Positions 56,000-64,000 of a stretch of 64,000 nucleotides of DNA are shown here, in pieces. Each line of letters starts with the position of its first letter. Within the stretch, counting starts at the first letter, position 1. The translations under genes were made by a program, and so were the position numbers. The stretch is from positions 169,979 to 233,978 of the forward strand of contig CAVVCF010000007.1 in the NCBI GenBank assembly GCA_963746725.1, written 5' to 3'. The stretch comes from an uncultured Alphaproteobacteria bacterium (GTDB lineage: Bacteria > Pseudomonadota > Alphaproteobacteria > Sphingomonadales > Govanellaceae). The notes under the pieces are model-generated. The model saw only the letters and a list, made by a program, of their open reading frames with translations. It did not search any database and was not told where the DNA came from.

Positions 56000-58768
56000 T
56001 CAGGGTTTGATGAGGCCGTGGGTCTGGCTGTAGCTGACGGCCTGGGCGCGGTTTCGTGCGCCCAGCTTGCGGAAAATATTCTTGAGGTGAAACTTGACGG
56101 TGTTTGGGGCGACGTCAAGCTCCCTGGCGATTTCCTTGTCGGTGAGTCCACGCGCCACATGCTGAATGACCATAAGTTCGCGGTCCGACAGAATCGGAGC
56201 GTTCTCGGCCCCTCTGGCGCCCCTAAGGTGGGTGACGAGGCGATCGAGAAATGCCGCGTCTTCGATGTCTGACCGCAGAGCATCGAGGTGCTGTTCGATC
56301 AGGTTTCGGGCAAGCTCGCCCTCTTCCAGGAACGGCCGGGCGTAACCGGCCGGCGCTGCCCACCGGATCACCTCGGACAGGGTGCGGCGGCTTTGGTCTG
56401 TCTCGCCTGCCACATGGTGCGCAACCGCTTTGAGGAGACCGAGGCGAATGGCGGAGCGAATCTCGCCGCGTGCGCCGCACCATTGCGTAAGCTGGCGGAG
56501 AAGGTCCCGGGCGGCCTGTGTCCGGCCATCACGAATATAGACGCGGGCAATCGCGGATGCGATGGCCTCGCGCTGGCGCCAGGCGACTTCTTCATTTTCC
56601 TGGCGGAGCTCATGCTCGGGCGAAAATCCGTGCTTCTCGAGCAGGTCTCCAGCCTTTGTGACCATGCCGCTGAGCGCAAAACAGGAAATTTCGATGGCGT
56701 TTAAAAGCGGCAGAAGCCCTTCTGCCTGACGCTGCTCCACCAGCGCACGGCAATGAGAGAGGGCGTCGCGGGCGGCATCCATTCCCTGTGTCGCACGCTG
56801 TGTCATGACCAATGGAATGGCGGCAGCGGCAAAAGCGTCGTACCACCATTCACAATGTTCGAAGACGCCCATGGTTTCGGTCAGCTTTCGCATCGAGAGC
56901 GGATTTTGGGCGCGCTCATACTCAAGCTCCAGGATATGGGCCTGTAGCAACGCCTGTTTGGTTTTTTCTTCGTCAAGCACGGTGCGCCAGATCTCTCGCG
57001 CCGTTTCGTGGCTATCCTGTGCCTCTTGGACCCGGGCCTGCGCAAAATACGCGGTTCCCATATGCAGGCGCGCGAAAAATTCTCCATGTGTGAGGCCGGA
57101 CTGGCGATAATGATCCAGGGAATCGATAGCTTCCCTTATTGCTCTGTCGAAATGGCCACGTTGACAATGGGAAATGGCCAGACGATTTTTCAGGCTGCCC
57201 AGAAAGACGTCGTCGTCGTCCGAAATACTAATGATCGTGCGTTCGTAATCGGCCAGATAACTGTCATTTGGTGTCTGGCACTCGTTGACTAACAGGGTGG
57301 ACTCAAGCACCAGGCTGTCGAGTTTCAGGAGCGACAAACTTCCACCCTCGCGGTCTTGCTCGAATCCGTGGGTTTCGCGGCGGATTTCTTCGAAAAGCCG
57401 CCGGCTTTCCCGGACATTTCCTTCTTTTACGTAAAGGAAGGGCTTGAGAAGCTTGACCCGCGGGAAGGCGCCGAGCACATCCTCGTCAACCGCCTGGATG
57501 ATCGCCCGCAGTTGCGGCAGTCCAGACCGCAACCAGATCGTAATCCCGCCCGCGTCCTCGATCAGTCGCCCGGCGAGATCCGAATCCCTGGCAGCCGTGG
57601 CGCATTTCAAGGCGCTGACAAGCCGGCCAGCCGTGGCATACCATTCGGCCGCCCGCCGGTAGACGGGATTGCGCTCCGTCGACGGACGCTCGTCCAGGCG
57701 CGCCTTGAAATAGGCCCGAATGATGGGGTGGGCGCGGTAGACCTTGAGACCAATATCAAGCGGAATCAGGAACGGCGCCAGGCTTTCGGCTGCCATGATC
57801 CGGATCCAGGCGTCGCCCGGGCCCGCCATAAATTCGCTAATGCCCGGGCTCATCCGGTCAATGGGCGACAAGTGGACGAGGAGGTCGAAAATATCCTGTG
57901 GCAACGTCGAGAAGACCTGCTCCGACAAATAATCGGTGAGCGTGTCGTCCAGCGTTCCGATGTCGCGCAGAACCTGGGCGCGGCGGTCCTGTTGGAACCA
58001 TACGCCCCTCAGAAGCTGTACCGCGACCGGCCAGCCGGAGGTCTGGGATTCGAGGAGTTTCAGCTCGGCGCTATTGACGGCGTCGCCGAACAGGCCGTGA
58101 ATTTCAGAAATGTCGAAGCGCAAGTCTCCAGCGTGAATTTCGTTGACATGGCCTTGAGCGCGCAATGACCCCAGTTTCAGGGGAGGTGGCTCTCTGCTGG
58201 CAATCACCAGATGGAGATTTGCCGGCGCCTTGTCGAGAATGGGGAGAAACACCTCCTCAACAACGGCGATGGGAAGATGCTCGAACTCGTCGAGGATCAG
58301 GATAACGTCGCGGTCTTCGGTTGCGATTATATTGAGAAGCGCCGTCAGGTGCTGTTTTATGCCCGCATTATGGACGATGGGAGCGGCCGCAAGTTTCGCC
58401 GCCCGGGTGACGCCCGCCCGGGCCAGAGCGAGGGCCAGACACTTTGTCACATGGGGAGCATCGCCATCGTCCGTGTCCAGCAAGAGCCAGCCGACCGGCA
58501 GCCCACGACCCTTGAGCTGGTTGTACCATTCGGTCAGAAGCGTCGTCTTGCCATACCCCGCCGGGGCGGTGACCAGGGTCAGCCGGGTCTGAAGTTGCGC
58601 GTCAAGCGCCGCCAACAGCCGTGGTCGGACAATCAGGTGGGTCCGCTGAGGGGTCGGATCGAATTTGGTGATGACGACAGAGTCGTTGAGCGCAAGGTCC
58701 TCGTCCCCCGCCGCCTTGGGCGACGCGTTCTCCGGCCCGGCGATGTTCCCGAGAGAGGACGAGGTCAT
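56000..58768 (-). CDS. MalT-like large LuxR-family regulator (STAND NTPase + TPR-like + LuxR HTH)
   Basis: 922 aa. Walker A ...VTAPAGYGKTTLL..., a long helical repeat region, and a C-terminal ...LSDRELMVIQHVARGLTDKEIARELDVAPNTVKFHLKNIFRKLG.... Confidence 0.88.
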   Translation of the reverse strand: MTSSSLGNIAGPENASPKAAGDEDLALNDSVVITKFDPTPQRTHLIVRPRLLAALDAQLQTRLTLVTAPAGYGKTTLLTEWYNQLKGRGLPVGWLLLDTDDGDAPHVTKCLALALARAGVTRAAKLAAAPIVHNAGIKQHLTALLNIIATEDRDVILILDEFEHLPIAVVEEVFLPILDKAPANLHLVIASREPPPLKLGSLRAQGHVNEIHAGDLRFDISEIHGLFGDAVNSAELKLLESQTSGWPVAVQLLRGVWFQQDRRAQVLRDIGTLDDTLTDYLSEQVFSTLPQDIFDLLVHLSPIDRMSPGISEFMAGPGDAWIRIMAAESLAPFLIPLDIGLKVYRAHPIIRAYFKARLDERPSTERNPVYRRAAEWYATAGRLVSALKCATAARDSDLAGRLIEDAGGITIWLRSGLPQLRAIIQAVDEDVLGAFPRVKLLKPFLYVKEGNVRESRRLFEEIRRETHGFEQDREGGSLSLLKLDSLVLESTLLVNECQTPNDSYLADYERTIISISDDDDVFLGSLKNRLAISHCQRGHFDRAIREAIDSLDHYRQSGLTHGEFFARLHMGTAYFAQARVQEAQDSHETAREIWRTVLDEEKTKQALLQAHILELEYERAQNPLSMRKLTETMGVFEHCEWWYDAFAAAAIPLVMTQRATQGMDAARDALSHCRALVEQRQAEGLLPLLNAIEISCFALSGMVTKAGDLLEKHGFSPEHELRQENEEVAWRQREAIASAIARVYIRDGRTQAARDLLRQLTQWCGARGEIRSAIRLGLLKAVAHHVAGETDQSRRTLSEVIRWAAPAGYARPFLEEGELARNLIEQHLDALRSDIEDAAFLDRLVTHLRGARGAENAPILSDRELMVIQHVARGLTDKEIARELDVAPNTVKFHLKNIFRKLGARNRAQAVSYSQTHGLIKP

Positions 58769-58869
58769 TTTCCTTCCAGCGTCTAAGGTGGCCTTGTTCT
58801 TTTTATATTAGTTAACCGACGCAGATCATCATAATACAGATTGAATAGGTGATGTCGAATTCTTAAGGT

Positions 58870-59661
58870 TCAAGCGCGCACCAGCGCACGACCGCCGATC
58901 GGCGGGTTCGTATCGTCGAAGACGCTCCAGGCCTTGATCTCGCGCTCTTCCGGCGGGGCTTCGCAGCTCCACATGCGGCTCGGTTTCCAGCCGAAGCGCA
59001 GCTTCAGGTCGGCCAGGTGCTCGGCGCGTTTGAAGGCGGCAAAGGCGCAATCGATCACCGGCACCCCGAGGTGGTTCTGAAGCTTTTCGAAAAAGCCGAA
59101 CTCCTGCGTGCAGCCGAGGATTATCGCCTCCGCCCCGTCCTGCTGGATGGCTTCTTCCGCCGCCGCGATCAGCCGGCGCCCGGTTTCGCGGTGGTCCCTC
59201 TGGAAGTCCTCGACGCCCAGTTCCACCGGTTTGAAAGAGGCCAGCATGTGGCTGTAGCCATAGCTGCGCACGCGTTCCTCCATATGGTTGATCCACTTGC
59301 GCCGCCCGACGATGATGGAGACCTTGTTCGCCAGCGCGGTAGCCGTTTCAAGGGATGCCTGGCACGGGCCCACCACAACGGCCTCGCCCGAGACCTCCCG
59401 CGCTTCTCGCAAATAAGGGTCATAGAAGCAGGCGATGACCACCGCGTCAAAGCCCTTAAGCCCGGCGTCGCGCACGACCTTGACGATGTCACCGGCGACC
59501 AGCCCTTCGTAGGCATGGTATTCGAGATGATGCTTGCAGTGGGGATTGGCAAGCGACACCACCTCGATTTCAGTGCCCGGATTGGCAATTGTCCTCAAGT
59601 GTTCGGCCACGGGCTGTACCCAGCTGTCTGTGCCGATGGGCTCGATAAAACGGATGCGCAT
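58870..59661 (-). CDS. Asp/Glu/hydantoin racemase family protein (second copy, divergent sequence)
   Basis: ATG at 59661. ...DAVVIACFYDPYLREAREV..VVVGPCQAS... and ...AIILGCTQEF... motifs. Confidence 0.85.
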   Translation of the reverse strand: MRIRFIEPIGTDSWVQPVAEHLRTIANPGTEIEVVSLANPHCKHHLEYHAYEGLVAGDIVKVVRDAGLKGFDAVVIACFYDPYLREAREVSGEAVVVGPCQASLETATALANKVSIIVGRRKWINHMEERVRSYGYSHMLASFKPVELGVEDFQRDHRETGRRLIAAAEEAIQQDGAEAIILGCTQEFGFFEKLQNHLGVPVIDCAFAAFKRAEHLADLKLRFGWKPSRMWSCEAPPEEREIKAWSVFDDTNPPIGGRALVRA

Positions 59662-60125
59662 ACTGCCTGTTCCTTCGGGGCTATCATGTGAATCATACAA
59701 TTATAGGAAGTATTTCTTATATTGCAAACCCGTTAAAGTATATATCGTTTGCGTCGCAACGGCACTTGTCCTCGGGGCTTTTTTATCGTCTTCCTAACAC
59801 TCTCTTTACTTTGTGCGGCTACTCTGGTGTCCAGCAGCGGTTCCGGGTCAAGGCCGCAGTCGAAGCGGGGAATGGGCGGTCCTGAAGGTCGAAGGCCTCA
59901 AGGTCAAAGGTAAAGAGTTCGTTGAGAACTGCGGCCCCGCATTAACCTTTTGTTAAAAAATAAGGGCGCCAAATAGAACAGCCGGAAGAAGACCGGCCAA
60001 GGACAAGAATACGCAGACCTCTTGACGATAACGGCAAACCGTCGGCAACGGCGGGACGCAAAGCCTCCGGTCCCCGATAACAGAAAGTGGGGATAGCGGG
60101 GCTACCGAATTGAAGAAGGTGTGAC

Positions 60126-63100
60126 GTGATAGGACTCGACGCTCGGCTTGCAGCGCGTTTGTCCGACATAAAGGCCCGCTTACACGATGATCACAATGGG
60201 GATCATAACGGGAGCTTGTCTTCGAACGAGTATCTCGGGCCCTTAGCGGATGCGAACGCTATTCCGACCGACCCCAATTTCGGTTGGCATCTTGGCGCAA
60301 TCAACATTTACGGCGCGTGGGCGGACTACACCGGCGCCGGTGTGACCGTTGGCGTGATCGACGATGGCGTCAATTACAACCACACGGATCTCGACGCCAA
60401 CTACAATACCGCCATTGACTGGGACGCCCGGGACAATGACGCGGACGCCAACACCACGGCGGCTGGAGATGGGCACGGCACCAAGGTCGCCGGCGTCATT
60501 GCGGCCGAAGCCAATGGCGAAGGCCCGGTGGGCGTTGCCTATAATGCCGAGATCGCGGGTTTCCGCATCGGCTATGGCTCCGCGGGCAGCATCTCCCAGA
60601 TCACGACAGCGATTACCAAGGCGTGGGCGGTCAGCGATGTGGTGAACTCGAGCTGGGGCTACAGCACCGCGTTCCAGGACAATTTCAAGAACTATGGCTA
60701 TTCGCAGGCGGGTCAGGCGCTCGCAGACGGTGCGATACAGGGCCGCGGCGGGCTTGGCACGGTATTCGTGTTTTCCGCCGGCAACGAGCGCTCCTCGGAC
60801 GAGAACGTCAATTATCACAATTTCCAGAACAGCCCCTATACTATCGCCGTCGCCGCCACCACGTCGAGTGGCCACTATGCCTCGTTCTCCGATCCGGGCG
60901 CGGCGCTTCTGGTCGCCGCCCCCGGTTACAGCATTCAGACGCTGTCCGATAGCGGCGGCTACACGACAGCGTCCGGCACCTCATTCTCGGCGCCGATCGT
61001 GTCGGGCGTGGTCGCGCTGATGCTTGAGGCGAACCCGGACCTTGGTGCCCGGGACGTTCAGGAAATTCTCGCCTATTCGGCACAGTACAACGACGCCACG
61101 CAAAGCGACTGGCATTTCAACGGCGCCGGGGACTGGAATGGCGGCGGGCTTCACTTCAACCATAACTATGGCTTTGGCCAGGTCGATGCGACCAACGCGG
61201 TGCGGCTTGCCGAGACCTGGACCCTGCAGCACACTTTCGCCAACCAGATCACCCAGACCAAGTCGAGCGCGCCCAACGTGGCGATCCCGGACGGATCGGG
61301 CAGTGTGTCCGACACCATCCATGTCACTCAGGACATGAAGATCAACTCGGTCCAGGTCGACCTCCAGATCGACCACACCAAGATCGGCGATCTGGAGGTG
61401 GTTCTGACCTCCCCGGACGGCACCCAGGCCGTGCTTGTGAACCGCCCCGGCGGGTCCGGCAACACCGCCAACAACATCAATTTCGAGCTCACCGCCAACA
61501 ACTTCTGGGGTGAGCACCCGACCGGCGACTGGACCATCACGGTCTATGACAAGGCCACCGGGGACGTGGGAACGCTCAAAAGCTGGTCGCTGATCCTCAA
61601 CGGCGACGCGGTGACCAACGACAATACCTACGTCTACAACAACGACTACGCCACGGTTGCCGACGCTGCCCGCAGCACCCTTGTGGACTCGAATGGCGGT
61701 ATCGACACCATCAACGCCGCGCAGATCACCAGCGACAGCTTTATCAACCTGAACGCCGGGACCACCAGCACGCTGGCCGGCACCCCGATGGTGATAGCCG
61801 CCGGTACGGTGATCGAGAACGTCTACCTCGGTGACGGCAATGACACGGTGATCGGCAACGCGGTGGACAATGTCATCCTTGGCGGCCGCGGCGACGATAC
61901 CCTTGACGGCGGGGCCGGAACCGATACGGCGAAGTTCTTCGGCTCCCTCGATCATTTCAATGTGACCATCGTCAACGCGTCCACGGTCAAGGTCACCTTC
62001 ACCGGCCCGGACGGCATCAACGAAGGCACCGATACCCTCAGCCATTTCGAAAAATTCGATTTCGATGGTGTGACCTATAGCTATGACCAGCTCGCCTCCA
62101 TGTATGGCGGGGCGGCGCCGGTCAATACGGCGCCGGTGGTGGCTCAGGCGATTGCCGACCAGGCCACCAACGAGGACGCCCCGTTCAGTTTCCATGTGCC
62201 GGCGGGCACGTTTACCGACGCCGATGGCGATGCCCTTGCACTGACCGCGAAACTCGCGGACGGTTCCGCGCTGCCGGACTGGTTGCACTTCGACGCCGGA
62301 ACCCACACCTTCTCCGGCACGCCGGTGCAGGGCGATGTCGGGGCGATCGATATCAAGGTAACGGCAGCGGACCCATCGGGTGCCGCCACCTCGGACATCT
62401 TCCAGCTGACCGTCAACAACGTCAACGAAGCGCCGGTTCTGGCCCAGGCCATTGCCGACCAGACCGCGACAGAGAACAGCGCCTTCCAGTTCGCACTGCC
62501 GGCCGGCACCTTTACCGACGAGGACGGCGATCACCTGGCCTTCGCAGCGACGCTGGCCGATGGCTCCGCGCTGCCGAGCTGGCTGCACTTCGATGGGGCC
62601 ACCGGCACCTTCTCCGGCACGCCCGGAAGTACGGATGCCGGGGCCCTCGATATCAAGGTTGTCGCCAACGATCCGTCGGGGGCGACGGCGTCTGACAGCT
62701 TCCAGTTGACGGTCGACGCCACCAATTCCGCGCCGGTGGTGGCGCAGGCGATTGCCGACCAGGCCACCAACGAGGACGCCCCGTTCAGTTTCCATGTGCC
62801 GGCGGGCACGTTTACCGACGCCGATGGCGATGCCCTTGCACTGACCGCGAAACTCGCGGACGGTTCCGCACTGCCGGACTGGTTGCACTTCGACGCCGGA
62901 ACCCACACCTTCTCCGGCACGCCGGTGCAGGGCGATGTCGGGGCGATCGATATCAAGGTAACGGCAGCGGACCCATCGGGTGCCGCCACCTCGGACATCT
63001 TCCAGCTGACCGTCAACAACGTCAACGAAGCGCCGGTTCTGGCCCAGGCCATTGCCGACCAGACCGCGACAGAGAACAGCGCCTTCCAGTTCGCACTGCC

Positions 63101-64000
63101 GGCCGGCACCTTTACCGACGAGGACGGCGATCACCTGGCCTTCGCAGCGACGCTGGCCGATGGCTCCGCGCTGCCGAGCTGGCTGCACTTCGATGGGGCC
63201 ACCGGCACCTTCTCCGGCACGCCCGGAAGTACGGATGCCGGGGCCCTCGATATCAAGGTTGTCGCCAACGATCCGTCGGGGGCGACGGCGTCTGACAGCT
63301 TCCAGTTGACGGTCGACGCCACCAATTCCGCGCCTGTGGTGGCGCAGGCGATTGCCGACCAGGCCACCAACGAGGACGCCCCGTTCAGTTTCCATGTGCC
63401 GGCGGGCACGTTTACCGACGCCGATGGCGATGCCCTTGCACTGACCGCGAAACTCGCGGACGGTTCCGCACTGCCGGACTGGTTGCACTTCGACGCCGGA
63501 ACCCACACCTTCTCCGGCACGCCGGTGCAGGGCGATGTCGGGGCGATCGATATCAAGGTAACGGCAGCGGACCCATCGGGTGCCGCCACCTCGGACATCT
63601 TCCAGCTGACCGTCAACAACGTCAACGAAGCGCCGGTTCTGGCCCAGGCCATTGCCGACCAGACCGCGACAGAGAACAGCGCCTTCCAGTTCGCACTGCC
63701 GGCCGGCACCTTTACCGACGAGGACGGCGATCACCTGGCCTTCGCAGCGACGCTGGCCGATGGCTCCGCGCTGCCGAGCTGGCTGCACTTCGATGGGGCC
63801 ACCGGCACGTTCTCCGGCACGCCCGGAAGTACGGATGCCGGGGCCCTCGATATCAAGGTTGTCGCCAACGATCCGTCGGGGGCAGCGGCGTCTGACAGCT
63901 TCCAGTTGACGGTGGGTGCCACCAATTCCGCGCCGGTGGTGGCGCAGGCGATTGCCGACCTGACGACCAACGAGGACGCCCCGTTCAGCTATACCGTACC
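60126..64000 (+). CDS. Very large secreted protein, 5' part only: S8 subtilase/kexin-like domain + proprotein-convertase P-domain + RTX Ca-binding repeats + tandem cadherin-like/putative-Ig (He_PIG-type) modules
   Basis: I translated the frame by hand and found no stop from TGA at 60111 to the window end, which is why it is missing from the ORF track. GTG at 60126 follows gaagaagg. Catalytic motifs VGVIDDGV, GDGHGTKVAG, FSAGNE, SGTSFSAPIVSG. P-domain ...IDHTKIGDLEVVLTSPDGTQAVLVNRPGG...WGEHPTGDWTITVYDKATGDVGTLKSWSLILNG. RTX repeats ...LGDGNDTVIG...LGGRGDDTLDGGAGTD. No N-terminal signal peptide. Confidence 0.85.
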   Translation, partial: MIGLDARLAARLSDIKARLHDDHNGDHNGSLSSNEYLGPLADANAIPTDPNFGWHLGAINIYGAWADYTGAGVTVGVIDDGVNYNHTDLDANYNTAIDWDARDNDADANTTAAGDGHGTKVAGVIAAEANGEGPVGVAYNAEIAGFRIGYGSAGSISQITTAITKAWAVSDVVNSSWGYSTAFQDNFKNYGYSQAGQALADGAIQGRGGLGTVFVFSAGNERSSDENVNYHNFQNSPYTIAVAATTSSGHYASFSDPGAALLVAAPGYSIQTLSDSGGYTTASGTSFSAPIVSGVVALMLEANPDLGARDVQEILAYSAQYNDATQSDWHFNGAGDWNGGGLHFNHNYGFGQVDATNAVRLAETWTLQHTFANQITQTKSSAPNVAIPDGSGSVSDTIHVTQDMKINSVQVDLQIDHTKIGDLEVVLTSPDGTQAVLVNRPGGSGNTANNINFELTANNFWGEHPTGDWTITVYDKATGDVGTLKSWSLILNGDAVTNDNTYVYNNDYATVADAARSTLVDSNGGIDTINAAQITSDSFINLNAGTTSTLAGTPMVIAAGTVIENVYLGDGNDTVIGNAVDNVILGGRGDDTLDGGAGTDTAKFFGSLDHFNVTIVNASTVKVTFTGPDGINEGTDTLSHFEKFDFDGVTYSYDQLASMYGGAAPVNTAPVVAQAIADQATNEDAPFSFHVPAGTFTDADGDALALTAKLADGSALPDWLHFDAGTHTFSGTPVQGDVGAIDIKVTAADPSGAATSDIFQLTVNNVNEAPVLAQAIADQTATENSAFQFALPAGTFTDEDGDHLAFAATLADGSALPSWLHFDGATGTFSGTPGSTDAGALDIKVVANDPSGATASDSFQLTVDATNSAPVVAQAIADQATNEDAPFSFHVPAGTFTDADGDALALTAKLADGSALPDWLHFDAGTHTFSGTPVQGDVGAIDIKVTAADPSGAATSDIFQLTVNNVNEAPVLAQAIADQTATENSAFQFALPAGTFTDEDGDHLAFAATLADGSALPSWLHFDGATGTFSGTPGSTDAGALDIKVVANDPSGATASDSFQLTVDATNSAPVVAQAIADQATNEDAPFSFHVPAGTFTDADGDALALTAKLADGSALPDWLHFDAGTHTFSGTPVQGDVGAIDIKVTAADPSGAATSDIFQLTVNNVNEAPVLAQAIADQTATENSAFQFALPAGTFTDEDGDHLAFAATLADGSALPSWLHFDGATGTFSGTPGSTDAGALDIKVVANDPSGAAASDSFQLTVGATNSAPVVAQAIADLTTNEDAPFSYTV
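62131..64000 (+). repeat. Tandem 600-bp repeats (at least 3 complete copies, continuing past the window), each encoding two cadherin-like modules of about 100 aa
   Basis: Units 62131-62730, 62731-63330 and 63331-63930 align base for base with only a few substitutions (for example 62144 t/g, 62270 g/a, 63326 t/g, 63810 g/c). A fourth unit starts at 63931 and diverges after about 63960. Confidence 0.9.

Noticed and set aside
60981-63788. 935-aa minus-strand ORF with internally repeated sequence.
   Set aside because: It is antisense to the plus-strand S8/P-domain/RTX/cadherin gene, whose translation shows unambiguous catalytic and domain motifs. The repeats simply mirror the 600-bp tandem units.
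1-64000. Searched for CRISPR arrays, rRNA genes, IS elements/transposases, integrases and classic defence genes (restriction-modification, Cas, abortive-infection NTPases).
   Set aside because: None found. The only STAND-type NTPase (56000..58768) carries a LuxR HTH and is best explained as a MalT-like transcription factor. The only tandem repeats are the coding 600-bp units.

Overview
High-GC chromosomal segment whose gene content and organisation look alphaproteobacterial; this taxon call is an inference. I can support about 55 protein-coding genes and one tRNA-Val(CAC). I saw no rRNA, CRISPR array, transposase or integrase.

Layout:
- 0-13 kb: envelope and housekeeping genes. These include a Wzy-like membrane protein, a beta-helix protein, a TAXI binding protein, a frameshifted ferredoxin-NADP reductase, a Tyr-rich secreted protein next to a PepSY/OmpR/HK module, and DUF423, DUF1499 and SYLF proteins.
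- 13-20 kb: TetR plus soxBDAG-purU (sarcosine oxidase and formyl-THF deformylase).
- 20-28.5 kb: a signalling and accessory patch. It holds a FadL-type porin, a polytopic HK, a PilZ-methyltransferase fusion, a soluble globin-coupled MCP, and a halogenase-like flavoprotein with a PqqD/RRE-like tail coupled to a minimal subtilase.
- 28.5-38 kb: a two-subunit NAD-linked formate dehydrogenase with fdhD, mobA, tupBCA and moeA. tupB and tupA carry frame disruptions.
- 39-43.6 kb: a sulfide-detoxification cluster (DUF442-SQR fusion, SulP, persulfide dioxygenase).
- 44.6-46.5 kb: a decayed phage-type CI repressor remnant with a small hydrophobic ORF.
- 46.7-59.7 kb: an ACE-like M2 peptidase, then a minus-strand hydantoin-type cluster (DUF917, two racemases, NCS1 permease, TonB-dependent receptor, hydantoinase-like gene, MalT/LuxR regulator).
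- 60.1 kb to the window end: a very large open-ended gene absent from the ORF track. It encodes S8 protease, P-domain, RTX and cadherin-like modules, and contains near-identical 600-bp tandem repeats.

Most interesting candidates:
1. The halogenase-like/RRE + subtilase pair.
2. The c-di-GMP (PilZ)-methyltransferase next to the FadL + HK pair.
3. The TonB-receptor-containing DUF917/hydantoinase cluster.
4. The repeat-expanded S8 giant protein.

Several conserved genes carry single-base frame disruptions. These may be real pseudogenes or assembly errors, and read-level data are needed to decide.
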